Source: Desulfosalsimonas sp.
Lineage (GTDB): Bacteria; Desulfobacterota; Desulfobacteria; Desulfobacterales; Desulfosalsimonadaceae
NCBI RefSeq assembly: GCF_046483245.1
Contig: NZ_JAWODO010000041.1
Coordinates: 3,836 to 67,835 of the forward strand
Reading direction: 5' to 3'
DNA length: 64,000 bases
Of the stretch, positions 17,931-27,215 are shown piece after piece. The notes below the pieces were generated by a model. The model saw only the letters and a program-made list of their open reading frames with translations, had not been told where the DNA came from and made no database searches. The stretch's first letter is position 1. Every line of letters begins with the position of its first letter. A program made the position numbers and the translations under genes.

Positions 17931-19739
17931 ATGGGAAACAAGACCCTGATTTTCCGCTTTTTTGCGGCAGCCGCGGCGGCACTTTTCTGGATCCTGGCCA
18001 CGGTGCCGTGTCCGGCGCAAACCTTTCCGGAACCCGGGTGGCAGGACCGGCCGGATCCCGTGGCATCGCCAAAGGCCCAACAGGGCGGGGAAATCTGCGT
18101 GTTCGGGGGCCAGTACCCCAAAAGCATGAATTATTACACGGACAACAATGTTTTGTCCTCTCAGCTGTTTTCCCTGATGTATGACAGCCTTTTGTCCCTG
18201 CATCCCACCGGCCTGGAATATGAACCCGGGCTTGCGGAACAATGGGAGATATCACAAGATAAAAAAACCTTCACCTTTCACATAGACCCGGATGCGCGCT
18301 GGAGCGACGGCCGGCCCGTGACCGCAGGGGATGTAGCCTGGACCTATGCGGCGATCATGGACCCGGCCCACATGACCGGATCTCACAAGGTCAGCCTGGA
18401 GCGGTTCAAGCCCCCTGAGATCGTCGATAAGCGCACCATCCGGTTTACCGCAAAATCGGTCCACTGGAAAAATCTGCTGGCCCTGGGCGGGCTCAACATA
18501 CTTCCCGAACACGCTTTTTCAGGAAAGGATTTCAACAAAATCAACTTTTCCTTTCCTGTTGTTTCAGGCCCGTACATGCCCGGGCAAATCCGGGAAGGCA
18601 CGTCTCTGGAAATGGAGAAAAGAGACAACTGGTGGCAGGCCGATTTTGCCCGAAACCAGGGAAAATACAATTTCGGCACCCTGAAATTCCGGTTTTACGC
18701 CGAGCGGCAAAATGCCTTTGAAGCCTTTAAAAAGGGTAGAATTGACCTGTTTCCGGTCTACACCTCCAGGATCTGGATCCAGGAAACAACCGGGGATTCT
18801 TTCCTGCGCAACCATATCCTGAAACAAAAAATCCACAACCACAAACCCGTAGGCTTCCAGGGGTTTGCCATGAACATGCGCAAGCCGCCCTTTGACGATG
18901 TCCGGGTACGAAAGGCCATGGCCCTTTTGCTGAACCGGAAAAAAATGAACCAGACCCTGATGTACAGCCAGTATTTTCTGCACCGCTCCTATTACGAGGA
19001 TCTTTATTCCGATGCCAATCCGTGCCCCAACCCGCTGATAAAACTCGACCAAAAGCAGGCGCGCCGGCTGCTTGACCAAGCCGGCTGGCAGGTCAACCCC
19101 GAAACCGGGTGGCGGGAAAAACAGAGCAGGAAAATGACCATCCGGTTTTTATCCCGGGATGCGGCGTCTGAAAAATTTCTGTCCATTTACGCCGAGGACT
19201 TAAAGGATGCGGGCATTGATCTGGTGATTGACAAAAAAGACTGGGCCGCCTGGGCCCGGGACATGGATGAATTTAATTTCCAGATGACCTGGGCAGCCTG
19301 GGGTGCGTCCATGTTTAAGGACCCTGAGGGCATGTGGGCATCAGATGAAGCCGACAGGCAGGGAAGCGCCAATATCACCGGTTTTTCCGATCCTGAAGTG
19401 GACCGGCTCATCAAGGCCCAGAAAACCGAATTTGACATTGAAAAACGGCACCGGATCTGCCGGGAGATCGATCAGATCGTATTTGCCGCCCATCCTTATG
19501 TTCTGCTGTGGAACATCGACTACACGCGGCTTTTGTACTGGAACAAGTTCGGCACCCCGGCCACGGTGTTGTCGAAATACGGCGATGAGATGAACGCGCT
19601 GACCTACTGGTGGCATGACCCGGATGCAGACGCCCTGCTCAAAGAGGCGGTAAAGCGCAATTTGTCCCTGCCGCCAAAAGCGCCTGCGGTCTATTTTGAC
19701 GAGGTGTTTTCAGATGATTTTTCGCCAACCAGCTCATAA
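17931..19739 (+). CDS. ABC transporter substrate-binding protein, family 5 (peptide/opine/nickel type)
   Basis: Signal peptide 'LFWILATVPCPAQ', roughly 600 aa, and SBP_bac_5-like blocks ('WSDGRPVTAGDVAWTY', 'GPYMPG'). No permease or ATPase genes are adjacent. Confidence 0.82.
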   Translation: MGNKTLIFRFFAAAAAALFWILATVPCPAQTFPEPGWQDRPDPVASPKAQQGGEICVFGGQYPKSMNYYTDNNVLSSQLFSLMYDSLLSLHPTGLEYEPGLAEQWEISQDKKTFTFHIDPDARWSDGRPVTAGDVAWTYAAIMDPAHMTGSHKVSLERFKPPEIVDKRTIRFTAKSVHWKNLLALGGLNILPEHAFSGKDFNKINFSFPVVSGPYMPGQIREGTSLEMEKRDNWWQADFARNQGKYNFGTLKFRFYAERQNAFEAFKKGRIDLFPVYTSRIWIQETTGDSFLRNHILKQKIHNHKPVGFQGFAMNMRKPPFDDVRVRKAMALLLNRKKMNQTLMYSQYFLHRSYYEDLYSDANPCPNPLIKLDQKQARRLLDQAGWQVNPETGWREKQSRKMTIRFLSRDAASEKFLSIYAEDLKDAGIDLVIDKKDWAAWARDMDEFNFQMTWAAWGASMFKDPEGMWASDEADRQGSANITGFSDPEVDRLIKAQKTEFDIEKRHRICREIDQIVFAAHPYVLLWNIDYTRLLYWNKFGTPATVLSKYGDEMNALTYWWHDPDADALLKEAVKRNLSLPPKAPAVYFDEVFSDDFSPTSS

Positions 19740-22345
19740 ACCTTTTTTAAGGCCTGTTCCAAGTTTTCGGGTTTGGAGCCGCCCGCCTGGGCCATGTCCG
19801 ACCGTCCCCCGCCGCCGCCGCCCACTTCTGCGGCCACGTACTTGATGATATTTCCGGCATGGAACCGGTCCGTGAGATCCTTGGTCACCACGGCGATCAA
19901 AAGCGCCTTTTGCCCCTGGACCGCGCCGAGCACCACCACGCCGGAGCCGATCTTTTCCCGGAACTGATCGGCGATGCTGCGAAGGGCTCCGGGGTTGTCG
20001 GCTTGAACGCTTTTGGCCACCACCTTGACGCCGTTGACCGAGCTGACCTCATCGCTCATCTGGTCAGCAGACGCGGATGCCAGCTTCAGCTTGAGCTGCT
20101 CCACCTGTTTTTCCAGGTTTTTCTGCCCGGCCAGCAGGCCCTCCACCCGGCCGGCCACGGCCTCGGGCCGGTCCTTTAGCAGGCGGGCAGCTTCATTGAG
20201 GCATCGGTTGATCTCCTGGATGTGGGCAAATGCGGCCCGGCCGGTCACGGCCTCGATGCGGCGAACGCCCGAGGCCACGCTGGCCTCTGAGAGAATTTTA
20301 AACACCCCGATATCCCCGGTTCTCCCGGTATGTGTGCCCCCGCACAGCTCCTGGCTGAAATCCTCAAGGTAAATCACCCGCACCCGGTCGCCGTATTTTT
20401 CCTCAAAAAGGGCCATGGCCCCGGTTTTAAAAGCCTCTTCCGCGTCCATCTCCTCCACGGACACGGCCAGGTTTTCCCGAATGCGTTCATTGACGCGAAT
20501 CTCAATTTCCTCGATGGTTTCGGAATCGAGCTGGGAGAAATGGGTGAAGTCAAAACGCAGCCGGTCCGGGCCCACAAGCGAGCCGGCCTGGCGCACGTGT
20601 TCTCCGACCACCTGGCGCAGACACTTGTGCAGAATATGGGTGGCCGTGTGATTGCGCGCCGTGTCCCGCCGATTTTCCGGGTCCACGGACAGGGTGGCGG
20701 TATCGTTTTTGCGCACCTTACCCGAAACCACCCGGCCCCGGTGGATGATCAGGCCCGTAGGGTCCTTGAAGGTATCTTCCACCCGGATTTCAAAGCCGGG
20801 CCCGGTAATTGTGCCCGTATCTGCCACCTGCCCACCGGATGTGGCGTAAAAAGGCGTTTTTTCCGCCAACACCTCAATGGGCGAATCAGCTTCGGCTTCA
20901 TCCACGGCTGCACCGTCAACCACCAGCAGCATGAGCGCGGACTCGCAGCTCAGCCGGTCATAGCCCACAAATTCCGGCCGCTGGTCCGTGGAGGCGGAAA
21001 AATTGCGGTAGGCCTCGCTGATGGACGAAAATGCGGCCACGCTGCGTGACTGCTCCCGGCGCTGTGCCATGGCCTTGTCAAAGCCGTCCATGTCCAAATC
21101 CAGGCCCTTGTCGCGCACAACGTCCCGGACAATGTCCACGGGAAAGCCAAAGGTGTCATAGAGCTTAAAGATCACCTCTCCGGGCACCACAGTGGAGTTT
21201 TCCCGCTGCATCTGCTCCATGGTTTCCGCCAGCAGTTTTAAGCCGTGGTCCAGGGTTTCGAGAAACCGCACTTCCTCGTTTTTCACCACATTGGTGATAA
21301 ACACCCGGTCTTCGAACAGCTCCGGGTATGCCTCCTTCATGATCTCAAAAACCGGCTCCACGGTCTTGTGCAAAAACGGTTCGGTAAGGCCGATGTTTCT
21401 GCCGTAGCGGATAGCCCGGCGCATGATGCGCCGCAGCACGTATCCCCTGCCCTCGTTTGAGGGCAGCACCCCGTCTCCGATCAGAAATGCCGCGGCCCGG
21501 CTGTGATCGGCAATAACCTTGACCGCCACATCGGTTGTGTCATCAACCCCCATCTGACGGCCGGACAAGGATTCGATGACCTGAATGATGGGGGTAAACA
21601 AGTCGGTGTCAAAATTGGTGGGCACGTCCTGGATAATGGAGGCAATGCGCTCCAACCCCATTCCCGTGTCAATGCTCGGGCTGGGAAGCGGGGTCATCTG
21701 ACCGTCTTCTGAGCGGTTGTACTGCATGAACACCAGATTCCAGATCTCCAGATACCGGTCGCACTCACATCCGGGCATGCAGTCTGGCGAGCCGCAGCCG
21801 GCAGCCGCGCCCCGGTCGATGAGAATCTCCGAGCAGGGGCCGCAGGGGCCGGTTTCGCCCATGGACCAGAAATTATCTTTTTCATCCAGGCGGACAATGC
21901 GCTCCGGGTCCACGCCGATGTGATCGCGCCAGATCTCAAAGGCCTCCTCGTCGTCGAGATAAATGGTGACCCACAAATCCTTTGGCGCAAGGCCCAGACC
22001 GTCGACCAGAAGCTCCCAGGCGTAGCCGATGGCCTTTTTTTTGAAATAATCGCCAAAGGAAAAATTGCCCAACATTTCAAAAAAGGTGTGGTGCCGGGCC
22101 GTATAGCCCACGTTTTCCAGGTCATTGTGCTTGCCCCCGGCCCTGAGGCACTTCTGGGAAGTGGCCGCGCGGTTGTAGGCGCGCTTTTCCTCGCCGAGAA
22201 ACACCCGCTTGAACTGCACCATGCCGGCATTGGTAAACAGCAGGGTGGGATCATCCTGGGGCACCAGCGAGGAGCTGCGGACGATCTGGTGATTTTTTTC
22301 CGCAAAATAGTCGAAAAACTTCTTTCGGATCTCATTTCCCGTCAT
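19691..22345 (-). CDS. alaS: Alanine--tRNA ligase
   Basis: 'LLFTNAGM', 'RHHTFFEMLGNFSFGDYFK', the editing-domain 'HTATHIL'/'CGGTH' and the C-terminal 'GGGGGRSDMAQAGG'. Confidence 0.97.
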   Translation of the reverse strand: MTGNEIRKKFFDYFAEKNHQIVRSSSLVPQDDPTLLFTNAGMVQFKRVFLGEEKRAYNRAATSQKCLRAGGKHNDLENVGYTARHHTFFEMLGNFSFGDYFKKKAIGYAWELLVDGLGLAPKDLWVTIYLDDEEAFEIWRDHIGVDPERIVRLDEKDNFWSMGETGPCGPCSEILIDRGAAAGCGSPDCMPGCECDRYLEIWNLVFMQYNRSEDGQMTPLPSPSIDTGMGLERIASIIQDVPTNFDTDLFTPIIQVIESLSGRQMGVDDTTDVAVKVIADHSRAAAFLIGDGVLPSNEGRGYVLRRIMRRAIRYGRNIGLTEPFLHKTVEPVFEIMKEAYPELFEDRVFITNVVKNEEVRFLETLDHGLKLLAETMEQMQRENSTVVPGEVIFKLYDTFGFPVDIVRDVVRDKGLDLDMDGFDKAMAQRREQSRSVAAFSSISEAYRNFSASTDQRPEFVGYDRLSCESALMLLVVDGAAVDEAEADSPIEVLAEKTPFYATSGGQVADTGTITGPGFEIRVEDTFKDPTGLIIHRGRVVSGKVRKNDTATLSVDPENRRDTARNHTATHILHKCLRQVVGEHVRQAGSLVGPDRLRFDFTHFSQLDSETIEEIEIRVNERIRENLAVSVEEMDAEEAFKTGAMALFEEKYGDRVRVIYLEDFSQELCGGTHTGRTGDIGVFKILSEASVASGVRRIEAVTGRAAFAHIQEINRCLNEAARLLKDRPEAVAGRVEGLLAGQKNLEKQVEQLKLKLASASADQMSDEVSSVNGVKVVAKSVQADNPGALRSIADQFREKIGSGVVVLGAVQGQKALLIAVVTKDLTDRFHAGNIIKYVAAEVGGGGGGRSDMAQAGGSKPENLEQALKKVYELVGEKSSENTSSK

Positions 22346-22354
22346 GAGCTTCCC

Positions 22355-23425
22355 CTATTTTTCCGCTGCTTCGGGTTCGCCGCCGGCGGGATCCTGGCCG
22401 GCTTCGGCGGTGGCCTCTTCCTTTTTGCCCGGGGTCAAGCCCAGGGCCGTCTTGACCCGGTCGCGCAGGTTGGCGTGCAGGTCCGGATTTTCATGGAAAA
22501 ACTTCTTGATGTTCTCCCGGCCCTGGCCCAGGCGCTGGCCGTCATGGGAATACCAGGAACCGCTTTTTTCAATGACCCCGGCCTTGACCCCCATATCCAG
22601 CAGATCGCCTGCGGCAGAGATGCCTTCGCCGTACATCACATCAAACTCGGCTTCCTTAAACGGCGGGGCCAGCTTGTTTTTGACCACCTTGGCCTTGGTG
22701 CGGTTGCCCATCACCTCCTGGCCCTCCTTGATGGACCCGGTCCTGCGCACCTCAATGCGCACCGAAGAATAAAATTTCAGGGCGTTGCCGCCGGTGGTGG
22801 TCTCGGGATTGCCGAAAACCACCCCGATTTTCATCCGGATCTGGTTGATAAAGATCAGGGAGGTGTTGGTCTTGGAAATGGTGCCGGTGAGCTTGCGCAG
22901 GGCCTGGGACATGAGCCGGGCCTGAAGGCCCATGTGGGAATCGCCCATTTCCCCCTCGATTTCCGCCCGGGGCACCAAAGCGGCCACCGAGTCGATGACC
23001 AGAATGTCCACGGCCCCGCTTCGAACCAGCATATCAGCGATTTCAAGGGCCTGCTCCCCGGTATCCGGCTGGGAAACCAGCAATTCATCGGTATTGACCC
23101 CGAGCTTTTTGGCATAGGCAGTGTCCAGGGCGTGCTCGGCATCCACAAAGGCTGCAATGCCGCCCTGCCGCTGGGCCTCGGCCACGGCATGCAGGGCAAG
23201 AGTGGTTTTGCCCGAAGCTTCGGGTCCGTAAATCTCGGTGACCCTTCCCCGGGGAATGCCCCCGATGCCCAGAGCCAGGTCCAGGGCAATGGAACCGGTG
23301 GGGATTGCCGGAATGTCAATGATGGTGTTGCTGCCCAGCTTCATGATCGATCCCTTGCCGAACTGGCGCTCGATCTGGCCGATGGCCGTCTGTACCGCCT
23401 TTTCCTTGTCCATGGACTTGCTCAT
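22355..23425 (-). CDS. recA: Recombinase RecA
   Basis: '[13 protein letters not shown]', '[10 protein letters not shown]' and '[12 protein letters not shown]'. It ends 9 bp upstream of the alaS start. Confidence 0.98.
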   Translation of the reverse strand: MSKSMDKEKAVQTAIGQIERQFGKGSIMKLGSNTIIDIPAIPTGSIALDLALGIGGIPRGRVTEIYGPEASGKTTLALHAVAEAQRQGGIAAFVDAEHALDTAYAKKLGVNTDELLVSQPDTGEQALEIADMLVRSGAVDILVIDSVAALVPRAEIEGEMGDSHMGLQARLMSQALRKLTGTISKTNTSLIFINQIRMKIGVVFGNPETTTGGNALKFYSSVRIEVRRTGSIKEGQEVMGNRTKAKVVKNKLAPPFKEAEFDVMYGEGISAAGDLLDMGVKAGVIEKSGSWYSHDGQRLGQGRENIKKFFHENPDLHANLRDRVKTALGLTPGKKEEATAEAGQDPAGGEPEAAEK

Positions 23426-23547
23426 ATCCGCCTCCTAGGATGTGTCATGCCCCTTGCCTGAAAACCAAGGTCCCCGGGGTTGATGCCGGTGACAATCATT
23501 TTTTGCAAGACTGCAAAATGAATTTCGTGTGTTTGTTGAAAAATATA

Positions 23548-24180
23548 TTAAACCATGGGGTCCGCGCCCAGCCCGTGGCCGGAAATCATCCTGTAAACCG
23601 GGCCTTTCGGGGTCAGGGTGCTTTCAAACAATTGCACGGATTGTATTTCAAAAGGGCCGGCACAAAAACCGCCGAACTGTTCAATGGCATCTGCAACACC
23701 GGCCGGATCGGGTTTTGCCTTAAACCGGCCCAGGGTCAAATGCCCGGTAAATTCCCGGTTTTCCCTTTCAAATCCCAGCTGCGCCATTTTCTCTTCCACG
23801 GCCTGCTGCAAACATGCCAGCTGTTCGGTCTGTCCCCCGATTCCGGTCCACATGACCCTGGGCCGGCGAATGCCGGGAAACACCCCAAGGCCCCGGGTGT
23901 CTATACGCATTTTGGAAAAACCGGAGACCGCCTCTGCTGTGGCAGCAGAAACCGCTTTTACGGCCGAAGCCGGCACAGGGCCCAAAAATTTCAGCGTCAG
24001 GTGAATGTTTTCCGGGGCCGTGTATTTCATTTTCAGGCCGGATTTCCGGAGTCGCGCCTGCAAATCGGCCAGGGCCGCTGTCACTTCCCCGGGCAGGCTC
24101 ACAGCAATAAAAGCCCGCACAAAATCGTCCGTTTGCGCTTGTGTCCGGCTCCTTTGGGTATTTTTTTCACTCATGGGCAT
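23548..24180 (-). CDS. thpR: RNA 2',3'-cyclic phosphodiesterase (2H family, ThpR/LigT)
   Basis: Two H-x-T-x motifs, 'HLTLKFLG' and 'HLTLGRF'. Confidence 0.85.
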   Translation of the reverse strand: MPMSEKNTQRSRTQAQTDDFVRAFIAVSLPGEVTAALADLQARLRKSGLKMKYTAPENIHLTLKFLGPVPASAVKAVSAATAEAVSGFSKMRIDTRGLGVFPGIRRPRVMWTGIGGQTEQLACLQQAVEEKMAQLGFERENREFTGHLTLGRFKAKPDPAGVADAIEQFGGFCAGPFEIQSVQLFESTLTPKGPVYRMISGHGLGADPMV

Positions 24181-24190
24181 CCCGGGGTCC

Positions 24191-24664
24191 TTACCCGAAG
24201 CCGGCTGGCAACATAGCCAGGACTGCTGCCAGAATCACCCGGCAGATCAGGCCTGCGGCCACGTCATCAATGACCACACCCAGACCGCCGTCAAATTGTT
24301 TTTCCAGCCACCCCACGGGAAAGGGCTTTATGATGTCAAAAATCCGAAACAGCACAAACCCGGAAACCGCCAGGGGCCAGGACAGGGGAAGCCCCACAAA
24401 AACAACTGCCATGCCCGCAATCTCATCAATTACAATGGCTCCGGGGTCTTTTTGCCCCATCACGGCCTCGGCCCGTCCCGCAGACCAGACAGCTGCTGCA
24501 ATCACGGCCAATACCAGCAGCGCGGCATAGCCGGTGTGCATCTGCGCCATGACCCAGTACAGCAAAAGGCCCGGAAGCGAGCCAAACGTGCCCGGGGCAA
24601 AGGAAATTTTGCCGATATAGCCGCCCGTGGCCACGGCCACGGACAATTTGGAGATAAAATTCAT
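24191..24664 (-). CDS. pgpA: Phosphatidylglycerophosphatase A
   Basis: 'GTFGSLPGLLL' and 'FRIFDIIKPFPVGWLEK...GLGVVIDDVAAG'. Confidence 0.85.
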   Translation of the reverse strand: MNFISKLSVAVATGGYIGKISFAPGTFGSLPGLLLYWVMAQMHTGYAALLVLAVIAAAVWSAGRAEAVMGQKDPGAIVIDEIAGMAVVFVGLPLSWPLAVSGFVLFRIFDIIKPFPVGWLEKQFDGGLGVVIDDVAAGLICRVILAAVLAMLPAGFG

Positions 24665-24704
24665 TTGGTTCTATAATCTGCAGCCGTATGTGTCAAGGCA
24701 TTGT

Positions 24705-25883
24705 TCACGGACGCTTCCGGCCCCCGTCATGGGCAAAACAGCCCAGAGCCGATTCATAAACTGTGCGCAGGGCGACATTGCCGGCCTCTGCCGCACGGCG
24801 GCAGGATTCATACTCGGGCGCGATGCGCCAGCCGCCTTCCGGGGTTTTGACCTGCTTGGCCGCAATCTCGCCGTAAGGGGTGCTTACCACAACGGCCCTG
24901 CGCTCCAGGACCCTGCGCCGGACCGGGTAATAGCGCACCCCGATGGCGCTGGTCTCACTTAAAATCCGCGACATCAGAGCCTGTTGGCAGGCGCTGTCAC
25001 ACAGCACCTGCAGCAGCACCCCGGGCCTGCCCTTTTTCATGTAAACCGGTATCATGTAAACATCCCGGGCGCCGTCTGCAAACAACCAGTCTGAAACATA
25101 AGCATAAATCTCGGGATTCATGTCGTCAATGCAGGTTTCCACCATGACCATGGCATCCGCCCCTACATCCGGGCTGCTGCCGGTGATGATGCGCAGGACA
25201 TTGGCGCGCGCCTCCAGATCCCGGCCGCCGGCCCCATATCCGATATTTTCCACCACCATGTCGCAAACAGGGCCGAAATCCCGGGCAAGGGTGGTAATAA
25301 TGGCCGCACCCGTGGGGGTGACCAGCTCAAAGGGAATTTGGGATCCGTATACCGACACCCCTTTTAGCAGGGCCGCGGTTGCCGGCGCCGGCACGGGCAG
25401 GGTGCCGTGGCTGCAGGTGACCGTGCCCGATCCCAGGGGAAGGGGCGAGGCAAACACCTTTTCAATGCCCAGGTAATCAATGCCCATGGCCGTGCCCACC
25501 ATGTCCACGATGGCATCCACGCCGCCCACTTCGTGAAAATGAACCCGGGCTTTTTCGCATTCGTGGATTTTTGCCTCGGCTTCAGCCATCCGGTCAAACA
25601 TGGCCAGGCTCATCTGCCTGACCGGCTCGGCCAGGCGGCTTTGGGCGATCATCTGCGAGATGGCCTGGTAATCGCGCTCCGGTCCGTTTTCCGCCTCAAC
25701 GCTGACAGACGTGGCCGAAATGCCGCAGCGTTTCACACGCCGGGCCGTGAGCTGAAAATCATCCAGACCCAGCTGGTCTTTGAGATTCTGCACCAGCCAG
25801 TCCATGGGCACACCCAGTTCCGCCAGGGCACCAAGGGTCATGTCCCCGCTGATGCCGGAAAAACAATCAAAATAGGCAATCAT
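24705..25883 (-). CDS. larC: LarC (DUF111) nickel-pincer cofactor cyclometallase
   Basis: N-terminal 'YFDCFSGISGDMTLGAL', 'HFHEVGGVDAIVDMVG', and a length and architecture typical of LarC. Confidence 0.85.
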   Translation of the reverse strand: MIAYFDCFSGISGDMTLGALAELGVPMDWLVQNLKDQLGLDDFQLTARRVKRCGISATSVSVEAENGPERDYQAISQMIAQSRLAEPVRQMSLAMFDRMAEAEAKIHECEKARVHFHEVGGVDAIVDMVGTAMGIDYLGIEKVFASPLPLGSGTVTCSHGTLPVPAPATAALLKGVSVYGSQIPFELVTPTGAAIITTLARDFGPVCDMVVENIGYGAGGRDLEARANVLRIITGSSPDVGADAMVMVETCIDDMNPEIYAYVSDWLFADGARDVYMIPVYMKKGRPGVLLQVLCDSACQQALMSRILSETSAIGVRYYPVRRRVLERRAVVVSTPYGEIAAKQVKTPEGGWRIAPEYESCRRAAEAGNVALRTVYESALGCFAHDGGRKRP

Positions 25884-27031
25884 GGGCGATAATCCCCGTG
25901 GGCGTGCAGGCCGATGATCTCGGTGAGCAGTTCAACGGTGCGGGCCATGTCATCAACGGCAATGTTTTCCCGGACCGTGTGGATTTCGCGCATGCCCGTG
26001 CCGATCACCCCGGTGATAATACCCTTGCCGAAAAAAATATTGGCATCCGCCCCGCCGCCGGTGCGGCGGCAGACCAGCTCCCGGCCCAGGCGGGCCGCGG
26101 CGGTCTTGGCCATGCGCACCACTGCATGTTCTTCCGGGATACGGGTCCTTGGAAATTCGTTTGTCAGATCAACGGTCACCCGGGACACGTCTTGTCGGCC
26201 CTGCTCCCGGGGCCAAGTGCGGGCCTGGGCATCAAAGGCCTCCAGGATTTTGCGGGTCACCGCCTCCAGCTTTGCCGGATCATGGCTTCTGACCTCCCCT
26301 TTGACCCGGGCGGTCTCGGGAACAATATTGGTGGCCCCTTCGCACTGAAACACCCCGATGTTGGCGGTGGTCTCCTCGTCAATGCGGCCGAGTTCCAGAG
26401 AGGCTATTGCCCGGCTGGCAAGCACGATGGCATTGATCCCCTTTTCAGGTTCAGCCCCGGCATGGGCGGCTTTTCCGTAAACCACCAGTTCAAAGTGATT
26501 GGCCGTGGGCGCCCGGGTGATAATGGTTTCGGTGTCCGCGGTGTCCAGGGCATAGCCGTATTTTGCCGAAATCAGGCTGAAATCCAGGTTCTTGGCGCCC
26601 TGCAGCCCAATTTCCTCGCATATGGTAAACACCAGATCCAGGGGACCGTGATCCCTGTTGTTTTCATGCAGGGACAAAACGGTTTCAATGATGATGGCGA
26701 GCGCACTTTTGTCATCTGCGCCCAGCACGGTTGTGCCGTCGCTGTAAAACACCCCGTCAACAAACCGGGGCTTGACCCCCCGGCCCGGCTCCACCGTGTC
26801 CATGTGGGCATTTAACATCAGCGGGGGCACATCCCGGGTGCCGGCAATCCGCAAGATCAGGTTGCCGGTATCGCTTCCGGTGTGGCGGCCCGCATCATCG
26901 ATAAAGATCTCCGGGTTTAAGGGCTCGAGCATCTTTCGGATTTCACGCGAGACCCGCCCTTCTTCCCGGGAGACGGAATCTATGGATACAAGGGTTTTAA
27001 AGGTTTCTGCCAGTCGTTTTTTGTTGACCAT
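25880..27031 (-). CDS. M20-family metallopeptidase (PepT/tripeptidase-like)
   Basis: 'LVSIDSVSREEG', 'NAHMDTVEPG', 'GADDKSA' and 'EEIGLQGA'. Its stop overlaps the larC start by 4 nt. Confidence 0.8.
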   Translation of the reverse strand: MVNKKRLAETFKTLVSIDSVSREEGRVSREIRKMLEPLNPEIFIDDAGRHTGSDTGNLILRIAGTRDVPPLMLNAHMDTVEPGRGVKPRFVDGVFYSDGTTVLGADDKSALAIIIETVLSLHENNRDHGPLDLVFTICEEIGLQGAKNLDFSLISAKYGYALDTADTETIITRAPTANHFELVVYGKAAHAGAEPEKGINAIVLASRAIASLELGRIDEETTANIGVFQCEGATNIVPETARVKGEVRSHDPAKLEAVTRKILEAFDAQARTWPREQGRQDVSRVTVDLTNEFPRTRIPEEHAVVRMAKTAAARLGRELVCRRTGGGADANIFFGKGIITGVIGTGMREIHTVRENIAVDDMARTVELLTEIIGLHAHGDYRP

Positions 27032-27055
27032 TGCACAATCACCCCAAAGATGTTA

Positions 27056-27083
27056 TTGACAAAAAATACACAATTACTATTGT
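27056..27083 (+). promoter_or_regulatory. Candidate sigma-70 promoter of tRNA-Sec
   Basis: TTGACA (27056-27061), a 16-nt spacer and TATTGT (27078-27083), about 15 nt upstream of the tRNA 5' end. Confidence 0.4.
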
Positions 27084-27098
27084 CTCATTGATCCATGC

Positions 27099-27196
27099 GG
27101 AAGTGCGCAGCTCACTGGTGGGGCTCCCGGACTTCAAATCCGGTGTGGGGCGTTAAAACCGTCCCGGGTGGGTTCGATTCCCATGCACTTCCGCCA
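27099..27196 (+). tRNA. selC: tRNA-Sec (anticodon UCA)
   Basis: 98 nt. It has an 8-bp acceptor stem (GGAAGTGC/GCACTTCC), anticodon loop CT-TCA-AA, a long variable arm, GGTTCGATTCC T-arm and an encoded GCCA end. It is closely collinear with E. coli selC. Confidence 0.93.
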
Positions 27197-27215
27197 TTTT
27201 TATTTGTTTTTTCAG
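27172..27215 (+). repeat. attL-like copy of the 44-bp direct repeat (last 25 nt of tRNA-Sec plus 19 nt downstream)
   Basis: GTTCGATTCCCATGCACTTCCGCCATTTTTATTTGTTTTTTCAG is identical to 36670..36713. Confidence 0.9.

Noticed and set aside
21920-23461. 513-aa plus-strand ORF
   Set aside because: It is antisense to the alaS 5' end and all of recA, both unambiguous. It is Gly/Ala/Leu/His-rich and no motif was recognised.
23426-23547. Possible LexA/SOS box upstream of recA
   Set aside because: The nearest candidate, GGTTTTCAGGCAAGG, does not fit the Geobacter-type GGTT-N2-C-N4-G-N3-ACC motif or the E. coli CTGT-N8-ACAG motif. No convincing palindrome was found.
25898-26815. 305-aa plus-strand ORF
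   Set aside because: It is antisense to the M20 peptidase gene and has no recognisable motifs. The peptidase frame carries the metal-binding blocks.
27099-27196. Looked for selenoprotein genes (in-frame TGA joining two adjacent same-frame ORFs) near tRNA-Sec and elsewhere in the window
   Set aside because: No pair of adjacent ORFs with continuous homology across a TGA was recognised, and no selA/selB/selD genes are present here. A proper SECIS/bSECIS search is needed before making any claim.
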